A stretch of DNA of 64,000 bases. Origin: Eledone cirrhosa. Taxonomy: Eukaryota. Each line of letters starts with the position of its first letter. The stretch's first letter is position 1. This document shows, in pieces, positions 1-13,194 of the stretch. The notes below the pieces were generated by a model. It saw only the letters and a list, made by a program, of their open reading frames with translations, ran no database searches and had not been told where the DNA came from. The stretch covers positions 119,598,001-119,662,000 of the forward strand of contig OZ024742.1 of assembly GCA_964016885.1 (NCBI GenBank), given 5' to 3'. The position numbers and the translations under genes were made by a program.

Positions 1-16
1 ATATATATATATATAT

Positions 17-79
17 ATGATGGCTGCTCCCTCGTTATCGAGTATGGCCATTGTACGAGGAAAAAAACAAAAAAAAAAC

Positions 80-128
<49 letters not shown>

Positions 129-2000
129 CAACAACAACAACAATTATACACACACACACACACACACACACACATAAACATATCTACACACGCACGATAG
201 CAATTAACAAAGCTGCGATCGAATGTGGCTTTTTAGCCCAGCCAATGATCTAAAATGTCTTGCACAGAGTTGGCAACCAAAACATTCACTGGGAATAGCC
301 GGCTGTGGTTGGAGTTCATGTACTTTTGCATGTCGTTTGAGCCCTCCTGCTGATTTATATTCTCTACCACATGCTTGGCAAGCATGATGAGTAGCATCCC
401 CAACAACAGCCTGGTAGTCAACCACTGGTCTTACTTTATGACTGCGAAGATGACTTTCGAGTCCAGCTTTGCTTAGGCAGAGTCTCGCACAGACGCTGCA
501 TGTTAGCAGCATAGGAGGACCCTCGCCGTCTGGAAGTGCAACAGCAATGCCCTTCCTCACATCCCGCTTTACTTTCTCGTATGCGATTCGAGAATGCCTC
601 AAAGGTAACTTTCCCCTCATATACAGTCTTTCTCCATTTATTACGATCAGCAGCAACATTCTCCCATGTATCAGCAGAGATGTTAACCTCTTTTAAAGAG
701 GCTTTCAAGGAATCCTTATACCTCTTTTTTGGTTTATGTGGAGTTGTTTTGGTATTCTAGAATCCTTCTTCCTGGTAAGGTGACCACTCCAAACGGAGTC
801 TTTGCTTAAGCACAAGAGCTTCTATACTGTCACACAGAGAGCTTTCCAAAATATCGACATCACTGATGTGATCCCTCCATTGAATGCCATGGATCCGTCT
901 GAGACACATCTGATGGAAACGCTCCAATTGCTTAAGGTGGTGTCGATATGTGACCCAGGTCTCGCAGGCATAAAGAAGAGAAGAGAGCACACATGCCTTG
1001 TACACCTTTACCTTTGTCTTCTTGCATATGTCTCGCCGACTTGCATATGTCTAGCTTTCCGAAAGCATCACTTGCTTTCCTAATCCTAAGTGAGATTTCA
1101 TTATCAAGGTTGCTGTATCGATTGACAGTGCTTCCCAGGTAGAAAAACTGATCAACCACTCCAAGTCGTTTACCATACACATAGATATTTGGTTCAGTGC
1201 AGGGGCAGGTTGGTACATGACGACGGTTTTCTTGAGACTGACAGTCAATTCTAGGGCAGTGCAAGCATCAGAAAATGCATTCAAAATGTGCTGTATATCA
1301 CTCTCTGCGTGCGTTACAAGATCGCAATCATCTGCATACAAGAGGTCTCTTATGATTGATGTAAATACTTTTGTTTTTGCAGTAAAGCGCCTGATGTTAA
1401 ATATGCTGCCTGAGGTTCGATATTGGATGTAAACAACAAGCTCGCAATTCCTGAATGCAATATAGAAAACCATTGTAAAGTATATGGCAAACACGGTCGG
1501 TGCTGGAATATCCCCCTGCTTCACTCCATTTTTTACTGAGATAGGCTCCGACATTAACCCAAGCCTTCATGTCGTCATGGAAAGACTTAACCAAAGCAAG
1601 GAACTTATCAGGGCAACCTAGTTTCTGGAGAACCTTCCATAAGGCATTTCTGTTAGTGGCAGTATCGGTAGAGGGTCGGACGCCATGCTTTGCAGCAAAG
1701 AGTTACAGCCCTTTATGGTCTGAGTTCAAATCCCGCCGAGGTTAACTTTACCTTTCATCCTAACGGGGTCGATAAAATAAAGTACCAGTAATACACTGGG
1801 ATAGTTGCTGGCCTTGTGCCAAAAGTAGAAACAAGTATCGAAAGCTTTTGTCAGATCGACAAAAAACCTGATACAAATCCAGACCTTGTTCCATGCACTT
1901 CTCCTGGAGCTGTCTAGCTTAAAAGATCATATCAGTAGTGCCGCATCCAGCACGAAAACCAGATTGACTTTCAGGAAGAACACAATCTGCAATGTGTGTC
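17..2000 (-). mobile_element. 5'-truncated, frameshifted RTE (BovB-like) LINE with C-terminal C2H2 zinc fingers
   Basis: ORF fragments contain LPESQSGFR, GVKQGD, LLYADD, FFYLGS and LLYACETW...LERFHQMCLRRI, then three CxxC-x12-H motifs. Interrupted by a SINE at 1656-1834. Confidence 0.9.
1656..1834 (+). mobile_element. MetaSINE-type SINE inserted into RTE reverse transcriptase
   Basis: B-box-like gagttcaaatccc, central cctttcatcct..ggggtcgataaaataaagtacc domain, and 3' gccttgtgccaaaagtagaaacaa. It splits the DLTKAFDT/NRNALW motif. Confidence 0.85.
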
Positions 2001-2014
2001 ATATACATACATAC

Positions 2015-2050
<36 letters not shown>

Positions 2051-2177
2051 ATGCGTGTGTGTGTGTGTATTTGTGTGTATTTGTGTGTATGTATGTATGT
2101 ATGTATGTATGTATGTATGTATGTATGTATGTATGTATGTATGTATGTATGTATATATGTGTGTATGCACGTGTGCG

Positions 2178-2482
2178 GGTGCGTGGCACAATGGTTAGAG
2201 CGTTGGACTGCCAATCATGAGGGTGTGAGTTTGATACTCGGGCCGCGTGATGCGATATGTCCTTGAGCAAGATATTTTATTTCATGTTGCTTTCAACTGG
2301 AAAAATGAGTTGCAATGTCACTGGTGCCAAGCTGTATCGGTCTTTGCATTTCCCTCGGACAACATCAGGTTCATAGAGAGAGGAGACTAGAATGCATGGC
2401 CGACCGATGGTCATCTCCGAAACACTTTGTCCGAGCTTGTGCTTCAGAGGCGAAATTTTTAGATGCAAAACCGATGGTCATA
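2178..2482 (+). mobile_element. tRNA-derived SINE (family B)
   Basis: A-box tggcacaatggttagagcg, degenerate B-box and gtccttgagcaag body. Homologous to 42356-42685. Confidence 0.75.
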
Positions 2483-2879
2483 CCAAAATTACTAAGCCTG
2501 CATTTCCCACTATGCTGTCCACGCTCATCTACGCTTAACACCATATAACTCTCTCTACTACTTTGGATATTTTCGCGACTAATATGTTTAGTGAGTTATT
2601 TATTGATCGCAGGAAATGTTTATATATTTAATCTAATTATACAAATTAGAATAAAACTGTGTTCCTTTAAGGTTCAATAATGTACCTCTCTGAGGTTTTC
2701 ACTGATCAAGAAAATACGGTTGCGAATGTCTGAGCACCAAAAAAAGGCATGAAGCTATATAGCAAGACAGGCTGAGAAATTATACTTAAAGGATCGGAAA
2801 GGTGCGATGGTCGGAATACTAGGATATGACTCTAGTTTTCTCGTTGTATCGCAGTAAAAACATTTAAATCTACTTATAT

Positions 2880-3110
2880 AGTGAATTAGTGTAGTCTATA
2901 GTAGTTAGGATATTAAACTCGTGATTATAAAGTCGTTGGTTCGATTCCTGGACAGGAGGGCACGTTTAGTTCTTGTGCAAAACGTTTCGTTTTACCGTGC
3001 GCTTTTAAGGTAGTACTGCGGCTTCTATCATTAAAACAGCCAGGAAACCTTCTGTGAGATGTAACAACATCGGATGCTAGTTAAATCTACATAGGTGTGA
3101 ACAGTAGCTT
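2880..3110 (+). mobile_element. Degenerate tRNA-derived SINE (family B variant)
   Basis: B-box ggttcgattcc. Body ctatcattaaaa..gaaacc..gagatg..ataggtgtg is shared with 54723-54930. Confidence 0.55.
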
Positions 3111-3339
3111 GCATTTTTTTCTTCATTTCAGTTCCTATTCATACCAAATTAAGGGATGAAAGAAAGAGAAAAGGTTTTGCTTTTGGGCAAAATTTTATTG
3201 AAGTATATAGGAGTAGCACGTGGGTCAATGTGTTGACCTTCAAATTATATTTTCAATAGGGCGGAGACGGGAGATTCGGAACAGTAGACGAGTGGAATAC
3301 CCCCTTACTCCTTAAGTAATTATACAAACAAGAAAACAT

Positions 3340-3492
3340 CTATGCGCTCGCTTGGCCTGCTAGAAATAGCAGCCTAAAACATTTACAAGAAGACTGTGTT
3401 CGGGTAACGTGATACTTTCAAAAACAAACAAACAAAAAGAAAGAAAAATGACGGGGCCGCTAGATTAGGAATAACCTGGAGTTAAACAATGT
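3340..3492 (+). repeat. Dispersed repeat family C
   Basis: gctagaaatagcagcc...cctggagttaaacaa recurs at about 16095-16295 and 58395-58562. Confidence 0.55.
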
Positions 3493-4236
3493 TATTTATT
3501 TACTTTGGAGATCCAATTCATTTAAAGTGTGTGTGTGTACACTCACCCGTATGTGCGTGTGTATAAATATATATATATACACACACACACACTTCTCCGT
3601 GAGCGCGTGTGCTCGTATGTACCGCTGGAATTTATCTTATCTTTTCTTTTTTTTCTTTAGTTGAGGTTATGGTGGTGTCTAAGTAAGAAATAAAGAACAT
3701 TTAGACGGTGTGGTCACTTGTTTTGTAGTAAACACTATCATAACATCCATTCCATATACCTACAAGACAACGTATCCTTTCCCCTCTAGACAACCACAAC
3801 ATTACTTGTTAGTTGTTGGTTTTTCCGAGTAAACTTCTATAGAATGGTGCCCTATGTTACTCTTGACATTCAACAGAAAACGAAACATTATCTAACGTCT
3901 ATTAAGAGTTACGCTTAGAATCTGCTTCAAACTGATCAAAACTACTAACAATCAATAAATCCACGTAAAATATGTAATACGCAATAAAGTGAAAATAAAC
4001 TCTAAAGTTAAAAAAGGCATAACGAAATATTTCTGTTTTTATCTTTTAATTAAAAAAAAAACATGAGTTTGTAATTTATTTCATAAATGCAAAAAATACA
4101 AACATAACACGCGTTATATTTTGTATTTTCGTTAAATCTTAATGTAATAATACTTAGAGTACTTACTGTATATTTATTAGACTCAATATATAAGGCGCTA
4201 GATAATTGTCCATATTTAGATAATGCTGACAAAAAG

Positions 4237-4312
<76 letters not shown>

Positions 4313-4369
4313 ATGATAAATATCTATGTATATAAATATAAATAAATATGTATATAGTGATAAATATTT

Positions 4370-4690
4370 GGTTGAGGTGACCTGTCGGAATCTGATGCAT
4401 GTATAAATTACTTAATGTCTTCTACTGAATAATACAGTTGCGAATGCATTGTGATATCTATAGAATCGGCGATAAGCCGTTGATGGAATCACATTACTAA
4501 CAGTAGTAGTAATATTATTAGCTGGAGGTGTTGTTGTGCAATATTAGAAGCAGTACTGAATTGCTTCGCTTGATGAACTTTATGGTAAAGATTCGCTGTA
4601 GTTAAATAAAACTGGAGCGAGGCTTGCAGCAGCTGTAGTAGCATCATCAGTTTTGTGGAGTAGCACACCTATCTTTGCTTCATTAGTATA
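4370..4690 (+). promoter_or_regulatory. Probable 5' UTR / proximal promoter of the alpha2delta gene
   Basis: Non-repetitive, CpG-retaining sequence directly upstream of the start codon. The TSS cannot be determined from sequence. Confidence 0.45.
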
Positions 4691-4839
4691 ATGGCGTCCG
4701 CAACATCTATTTGGTGCGCAAACCGTATAACTTGTTTCTTGACAGCGTCAATATATTGTCAGTTTATTGGATTTTGCATTTTATCTGATTGTGTAAACGC
4801 ACAAAATAGTAGACAACAAGAATTTCCTAGAAAAAATTT
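4691..4839 (+). CDS. CACNA2D: Coding exon 1 of voltage-gated calcium channel alpha2delta subunit (signal peptide plus start of mature chain)
   Basis: ATG in good context (gtataATGG). Reads MASATSIWCANRITCFLTASIYCQFIGFCILSDCVNAQNSRQQEFPRKN plus TT, then a GTAAGT donor at 4840 (phase 2). It has a hydrophobic signal-like segment and the 'FP' motif seen in vertebrate alpha2delta-1/2 N-termini. The paralog is not resolved. Confidence 0.8.
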
Positions 4840-7220
4840 GTAAGTTTTCTATTTTCTACCGTTTTTTTTTTTTACTCTCTTACTACTTTATGATAAGATA
4901 TACAGGTATTTTTTAATTAATGCCACTTTCACTCTATCATCTTTATTTTTAAAACGTTCAACAATTAACTTAAGCCAGTTAATTAATGATGTTAATTGCT
5001 TTGCTGGTGATAACCCTCTTAATTTTCCTTTTTTTATTTTTATTTTTGGAAAGGTTTGCTTAGATTGTCTGTAAAAGGTCAACAGTAGCATGTTGATTTC
5101 GTTGCTTTCTTTTTCTATTACGAAAATATCTCTGTACGTTCAGTGGACGATGTGTGTACACAACATTACACTTGTAACAAGCAGCTGATAAATATGTATT
5201 TACTTAGCAGTTGGACAGTTCTTATCGTTTTCACTTTTCATTTCGCTCTTTTTCTTTGTTGATTTGTTTTTTCTTTTTAGTTTTATACATTTTATATATT
5301 GTATTCTGATTCTATTGCTGTTATATTTTACGAGGAATTGATTTTAGTAAGATATCCTTATTTTTAACTCCAAAACACTTTTCTCTTCTGCAACATGTAG
5401 GAAATTTATTTGATATTCAATGATTGCTACCGCCATCATTTTACATGAAAGAATTAATATACAGAATAAATGAAATCATATATTATTATGTTACTCACTT
5501 ATCTTATCCGTTATATTTTCATATAACCTTTTATATTATTAATGAGAATTATAATTGCGCTCTCTTCCCGGGGCTGTTCTCTTTTTATTCCATAACGATA
5601 TCTAGACAGATTTATTTAAATTTATCAGAAATATCAGTCTTGTTTTCGTTTAAAAATGTTCTAATTACATAAAATACTTCATGTATTGTGTTTACCTGGA
5701 TGCGCTCGCTTTCTTGGTTCTTAAATATCTCAATGACAAATTATTAAAGTTTCCTCATATAACGTTAGGAAAATTTTATAGGTGTATAAACGATGTTTAT
5801 CATAAACAGAATCTAAATATATTCCTAGAATCGGGAGATGACGATAAAGTACACCTGTAGACTGTCCTCTATTTTTACTTTCTATATAACATAAAAGAGA
5901 AAACAACAACATAAATATCATATTTCCTCGATTATAAAAATAATAACAGCTTCTTGAGTTATTAAATATATAACATTATCTCTATTTAGAGAGAAAGAAA
6001 TATAAGAATATGTTACGGCCAATTTTTAGAACTGTGAAATGTGAAATCAATAGTTCTCTAAAGATAGTCGTCTGCACCAGCTTATTTAAAAGCCAGATGA
6101 AACGTGAGAAGCAATTAATGACATTTGTCATTGCAAAATATCGAAGGATTTTTTAAAAAGCTGGTGTTAGTTATCCAATAGATTACTTATAATCCAAAAT
6201 AAAGAATATATTCAATAGAAACGATGGTATATATAATGGAATCTTGTTTCTACCCGTAATGACCCTTCGTATGTTTGATGTGTACGGCTTATTTAGTAAA
6301 CATTTATATATTGTGTTTCTGGAACTGAATGAAAAAGAACAAATCATTTTAGATATGTTTATTATGAAATATTTCAAAATCTTCTTGGAAACGACAAAAT
6401 AAATATATAATCTTTATATAACAAATACTTTATTATAATTCGCACAACTAGATACATTAAAGAAAAGAGACATTACATTCAGTACACGCTATTGTGGTAT
6501 GTGTTACGTTTTAATTATTATAAAATATTGAGGAGAGGGAGAAAAGTGGAAACGTAAAAAAAAACAAAAAAACAAAACCGAATGCGCTTTTTAAGCGCTG
6601 TCTTCGAAATTATCATTTTTACCAACATATGCAGGCGTAATTAACGCCGACTAATCAGATATTCAGATATGACATCATGGGATAATTGCAGATAACGTTA
6701 AATTCTTGGTTTAAAGAGTCATTCTGTCAAAATTTGCCATTACCTGTTGTGGATCTTTTCCTTGCGCGAAGCGAAAAGGAAAAGGTTGTGATAATGTAGT
6801 TATATTTAGTTATTGTGCAGAGCTCCACAATAATCCTTGTCAGATGTAAGCTTGTGACCGAAAATATTTTCCTAGCTATACTTTCTAATTACTTATTTCC
6901 CTTGAAGAAATAACGTTTGTAGTAACATGTGATAGGAAGAAAATTTTTCTTGAGATTGTCAAAGAAATAGTAATTATGACTGTAAGTATAAATATGTGTT
7001 ACATTTAGAGGAGTCGAGTCGGAATACCCTTCAAGGGAGGTAACATAGGTGTGAAGGGCGGTGTTCAAAAGATTTACTAAATATATGTTCTTTGATGATC
7101 TATATTTAATAGGGGATGACAGATTTGCTTAACCTAAAAGCCTCATACGATAATCTTTAAATTGTTTCTGAGCTAGCGGCAAGGCAGGAAAAGAACTTTG
7201 GATTTTTAATGATACATTTT

Positions 7221-7287
<67 letters not shown>

Positions 7288-7487
7288 TCATCATCATCAT
7301 CATCATCTTCGTTTAACGTCCATTTTCCACGCTAGCATGGGTATACACACACATACACACACATATATATATATATATACACACACACACATATATATAC
7401 ACACACACACATATATACATATACACACACACGCACATATATATACACACACACACGCACACATATACATATATACACACCCACACC

Positions 7488-7549
<62 letters not shown>

Positions 7550-7552
<3 letters not shown>

Positions 7553-7612
7553 GATGTCCCAAAAAATGTATATGCACTAAGTTATCTGTTGAAGTGTGTA
7601 TACATTTTTGGG

Positions 7613-7617
<5 letters not shown>
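7550..7617. mobile_element. Tiny Tc1/mariner-type MITE
   Basis: Inverted ends caggatgtcccaaaaaatgtatatgcact / agtgtgtatacatttttgggaca resemble CAGGGTGTCCCAAAA TIRs. Embedded in microsatellites. Confidence 0.6.
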
Positions 7618-7681
<64 letters not shown>

Positions 7682-8570
7682 CTATATCTATCTATATATA
7701 TATATATATATATATACACACGCACACGTATACACACGCACACGTATACACACAGATACAACGTCAAGAAATATATGTACGCAATATTTATCTGTGTATT
7801 TTAAAACTTAGATTCAAAAAAAGGGAAATATTTCAGTAAACAACATATTGTCAAAGACTCTATCATACCTGTAATATAAAGCTTATCTGAAAAGCGACTT
7901 TTTTTTTATTAATTAAAATCTTTTATTGATACGATCAAATCTAATGAACTGTTCACATATATTAAAATATTTTGCTGTGAAGAATGAAATAAATGAAGTA
8001 TTGCTAATCTATTTTTATTTTAAAATACTTTAGGAATGTATTCGTTCTAAATGATTTATAAAATAATGGAAAACATATGAAGTTAAAAGTTGCTATCAAA
8101 AGACTGGTATATGGGAATATGTGGAGGTGAGGGGAGTTTTATTTCTTCATCATACACTTGAGGAAAATTATCATTGTTCACAGTTTTCGGCACTCCTATA
8201 CAAGAGGGTAGGGGAAATGACAGATTAATGTATGTAAGGTATAATTCAGATTGATGAAGGTGAAGGTGTGTAGTAAGAAGGAAAACATATTGGAAAATAA
8301 GTTCTGGAATGAAGTTTTGTAGAAGGATGGAGCAAAACGTTTTGTATGAATCTGGGATGAACTAAGATTGAGTAGGTATAATGGTAGGAGGAAGAGGAGA
8401 TGAGTATATTGAAAAGGTTTAGGTAGGTATGGAAGGAGGAATAGGTAAGCAGTGAACATGTTATAATGTGCAGAAACCACTGTAGTAGAATGGAAGAAGA
8501 AACAGGATATAATTTGACAGTTAGCCAGTGGTAGTATAGCATTGGTAATTGAAGGTTTGCCTATAGCAGG

Positions 8571-9187
8571 AATTGCAGTTTTTTGGGGATGTAGTCTTGG
8601 ATAGATGTGCAATGAATTGCAGTTTTTCTGGGGTTGTAGTCTTGGATAGATGTGAAATGAATTGCATTTTTTCTGGGGTTGTAGTCTTGGATAGATGTGA
8701 AATGAATTGCATTTTTTCTGGGGTTGTAGTCTTGGATAGATGTGCAATGAATTGCATTTTTTCTGGGGATGTAGTCTTGGATAGATGTGCAATGAATTGC
8801 ATTTTTTCTGGGGATGTAGTCTTGGATAGATGTGCAATGAATTGCATTTTTTCTGGGGATGTAGTCTTGGATAGATGTGCAATGAATTGCAGTTTTTCTG
8901 GGGTTGTAGTCTTGGATAGATGTGCAATGAATTGCATTTTTTCTGGGGTTGTAGTCTTGGATAGATGTGCAATGAATTGCATTTTTTCTGGGGTTGTAGT
9001 CTTGGATAGATGTGCAATGAATTGCATTTTTTCTGGGGTTGTAGTCTTGGATAGATGTGCAATGAATTGCATTTTTTCTGGGGTTGTAGTCTTGGATAGA
9101 TGTGCAATGAATTGCATTTTTTCTGGGGTTGTAGTCTTGGATAGATGTGCAATGAATTGCATTTTTTCTGGGGATGTAGTCTTAGAT
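8571..9187. repeat. 45-bp minisatellite, about 13.7 copies
   Basis: Unit gtagtcttggatagatgtgcaatgaattgcattttttctgggg(a/t)t, nearly identical copies with no spacers. Confidence 0.97.
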
Positions 9188-9693
9188 ATATATTCATAGA
9201 GTCTATCTCATTTATGTGAACAATATCAATTCTGGTATAGGGTAAATTTTCATTGTACTAAGAAATGTTCAAAACTGAAGTAGTTTCAGCCTCTGGAAAG
9301 CAAACTTGGCTTTGTGAGCTATAAAAAGATCATTTATAGAGATTATAAGTTTAGCTGTCTATAGGTAATCTATTAAAACAAAAATCTAGAATATGTGTCT
9401 CAATTTCTATTTTATATAATTTAAATTCTTGCAAATGTGTTATTTCAGTAATCTTTGGTTGTCTTCTATTATCTCTCAACTGTCATGAGTTCCTAGCATT
9501 TACATAAATATTTATTTGTATTATTTAGCTGATGTTCTATAGTATTACTATTAAATTTTAAAGGTTCCACATTTAAATTAGAAATCATAGTTTTATAATA
9601 TATAAGCAAATGTTTATATATTATAAAACTATAATTTCTAATAACTATCATTTCTAATATCAAATTACAAGTAGCTCATCCACTTTTTGTTTG

Positions 9694-9758
<65 letters not shown>

Positions 9759-10371
9759 TTGTTTCTCTCTCTCTCTGTTTGTCTCCCTCTCTCTGTTTGT
9801 TCCTCTGTCTCAGTTACTCTTTCTCTGTATACATACCTATAAAGTGTATAGTAGTGCCGAGACCAGGGAGACCACAAATCAGAGTAGTACTCCATGCATA
9901 GGAAGAAGCAGAGTGGGTACACCTTCCTTTATGTATATATATTAGTCTCTCTCTCTCTCTCTCTCTGCCCCCTCTCTCTCTCTATCTATCTGTCTCTGTT
10001 TCTTTATTCATTCACAATCACAAATTTATTACAAATATTTTAGGGTGCTTAAAATAACTAATGTTAGTAAAAATTAAAGTAGTTTTATTATGGATAGAGG
10101 AAAGTAGTTAATTTAGCGATTTCAACTTTTATTGGCTTTTTAGCTGTTCCCTGCATCATGGTATAACACATTTCCTTGTAGGAGTTAAGAAACCTGCTGA
10201 CTTAATATACATGTGGTATATTCTTGTGCTGCTAATTATAGTCTAACATTTACAGTTTATTTAGATTTTTAGTGTTATTTTCATTAACCATATTGAACAA
10301 ATAAGTATACATTTGATGGTTTTAATGAATTTATTTTATAAGTTCTCATATAAGTTTTTAAAAATCCCAAC

Positions 10372-10412
<41 letters not shown>

Positions 10413-10415
<3 letters not shown>

Positions 10416-11037
10416 AAAATTTGGGACCCTGATGGCTGAGCTCCTGCTGTTTCAACAGCTAGAATGCACACACACACACACACACACATTTAAAAAGAAA
10501 CAGAAGGCTGGACTGGAAACAGGATTATGGCTTACCAATTTGGTGTTATTTTAATGGCAAACTATGCTGTTACAATAACACCAAATGGGTGAGAATAGGG
10601 GATAGATTTGGTTCAGAGATTGCTCACCAATTTGGTGTTATTGTAACGGCATAGTTTGCCATTAAAATAATATCAAATTGGTAAGCCGTATCTTATATAA
10701 CTAATTTTGCAATCCACACCTGATGAAATCGTCAAAGTCTTGCATCACGATTGGATGATCAAATTGGACCATTGAAATACGTTTAGCGTTATTGCAAAAT
10801 TGAAACTTTAAAAAATATTTCCAGTCTGTCCTTCTGTTGTTTTTGTTGAATATTTAACGAATTTTTAATGAATATTTAATAAATTTTTAATAAATATGTT
10901 CCTGCCATGGAATACCACATCTGGTTCACATAATGTTCACATAATGTTCACATAATGTTGCGTGCTTTAATTTATTGCATTATCGTTTACTAACTAGAAT
11001 GACCAGTTCTAACCCTTGGTAAACAATATCAACAAAT

Positions 11038-11038
<1 letters not shown>
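10413..11038. mobile_element. Palindrome-rich insertion between (TA)n tracts (Penelope-like or MITE composite)
   Basis: 68-bp inverted repeat (10526-10593 / 10623-10690), outer 19-bp inverted match (10501-10519 / 10818-10836), degenerate hammerhead-like motif at 10703-10801, and gttcacataat x3 near 10925. Confidence 0.4.
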
Positions 11039-11108
<70 letters not shown>

Positions 11109-11168
11109 TTAAATGATGGTGATGATGATATACATATATATATATATGTATATATATGTATATATATG

Positions 11169-11257
<89 letters not shown>

Positions 11258-11650
11258 GTGTATATATATGTGTATATATATGTATATATATATGTATATA
11301 TATATGTGTATATATATGTATATATATGTGTATATATATGTATATATATGTGTATATGTGTATATATATGTATATATATGTGTATATGTATGTATATATA
11401 TGTGTATATGTGTATATGTATGTATATATATATATGTATATGTATATATATGTGTATATATATGTATATATATGTATATATGTGTATATATATGTATATA
11501 TATGTATATATATGTATATATATCTATACATGTATATATGTGTATATATGTGTATATATGTGTATATATATGTATATATATCTATACATGTATATATGTG
11601 TATATATATGTATATATATGTATACATGTATATATATATATATATATATA
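11039..11650. repeat. (TA)n/(TATG)n microsatellite array
   Basis: Direct inspection. Confidence 0.97.
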
Positions 11651-13030
11651 AGACACCCAATAAAGTCCTATTATCCCCAACCCTTGCCTCATCATTGCTA
11701 CTAGTATTTGCTATCTCCTCCACCATATAATGCATCATCTGTGCCACAGCAGATGTGATTTTTATTACAATCATACTCACTCTAGCACCACTCCTTAATA
11801 ACTACTCTCAGTATCACTGTACTCTTCCACTTCTTTATTACTCCTCCATGTTTTTTTTTTACATCATACTACCCTATCAAATTTCACCACATCCATGATG
11901 TCATATCTGCTATTCATGTTAACCCACTTCTCCTAATCTTACCTCCAAACATGTATGCCATGGGTCAAGTACCTTTAGACCCTTCAGTTGAGTAATAACC
12001 AACAACCTCTCTAATGGCCGAGCCATGATAAAATGCATGCAGTACACTTGGTAAAGTAGTTGATATTAGGAAGGGCATTGAACTATAGAAACCCTGCCAA
12101 ACTAAGGGTCTACAAGACTCTTCAGTAGTGTCAAGGATACCACAACCTTCTTAGTGTTGGTGCTATGATAAAATCTTGCCATCTGGGAGAGCAGTAGCCC
12201 TGATACAGTACTGATTTGGTCTATGATGACCTGTCCAACCCATGTCAACATGGGTTAGATGTTAAACAATAAAGATGGTTATATATATATATAACCTGTC
12301 AGATAGTAGCAGTCATTCCATGATAAGATATACCCATGAAGTAATTGGCATTAGGAAAGGCATCCAGCTATAGAAACCATGCAAGCATGGAATATAGATG
12401 TAAAATGGTGATGTTAATATATTTTATTTTCAATTATCTATTGAAACCCTTATAAATCTACAGCAAATATCAATAAAGTTAATATATACTGCACAGGGCT
12501 GAAATATTAAGTTCTTTCTTGGATTAAAATGTTTTGTGGTATTTGTTTCGGCCGTCTGTGTTTTCAGTTTAAGTAACACTGTTGTCAACTTTGCCTTTCC
12601 TTCTTTTGATATCAATAAATATTGTACTAGACCTAGATGGCAGAATTGTTAAGGCATTGGATACGATGCCTTGTGGTATTACTTTGACTCTGAATATAGC
12701 AAGTGGGGATATGCTTCTTCAGTCAACTGCCTTCACAATTTCAGTGACATAGACAGAGGAAACATTAGCAAATGATCAGTTAATGAGCATCCACAAAGCC
12801 ACTGTTCAAAGGTACCTTGTATCTTGGTGAGAAACTTTTCGGGTACAAGCTCATGGATAGCCATAACCAAAAGAATGGGGAACTTATAAAATAATTATAT
12901 AGCCATCCTTCTATTCATCCATAACTCCTAATGAAGTTGTAGGGATGCCAGTGTGATCTAGGTTATGTCTTGGGTATTTAAAACCTAGCGGAACCCATCC
13001 CATTCCAGTATATGTATATATGTATGTGTG

Positions 13031-13064
<34 letters not shown>

Positions 13065-13147
13065 TTATTCAGGGTTGAATCGGAGGTAACCACAGTAAGT
13101 AAGGTACTCAATACATAGCAGAGTATACATTTTTTAATATAGAAGAG

Positions 13148-13194
13148 CTTCTACAGGACTAGAACTGTTTCATTCGTGAGAAATCATCAGGAAG
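13148..13194 (-). ncRNA. Type I hammerhead ribozyme, left arm of palindrome
   Basis: Minus strand reads cuuc-CUGAUGA-uuucucacgaau-GAAACAG-uucuaguc-CUGUA-gaag. Same family as the 21818 copy. Confidence 0.7.

Noticed and set aside
204-659. Host C2H2 zinc-finger gene
   Set aside because: Collinear with and directly downstream of RTE RT fragments, with no TGEKP linkers. Treated as part of the LINE.
2178-2250. tRNA gene (also 42356, 54723)
   Set aside because: A/B boxes are present but no full cloverleaf forms, and the sequence continues into a dispersed SINE body.
8571-9187. CRISPR array or repeat-protein gene
   Set aside because: Units are contiguous with no unique spacers, there are no cas genes, and the context is a eukaryotic intron. 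There is no splice or homology support for the 15-aa repeat ORFs.
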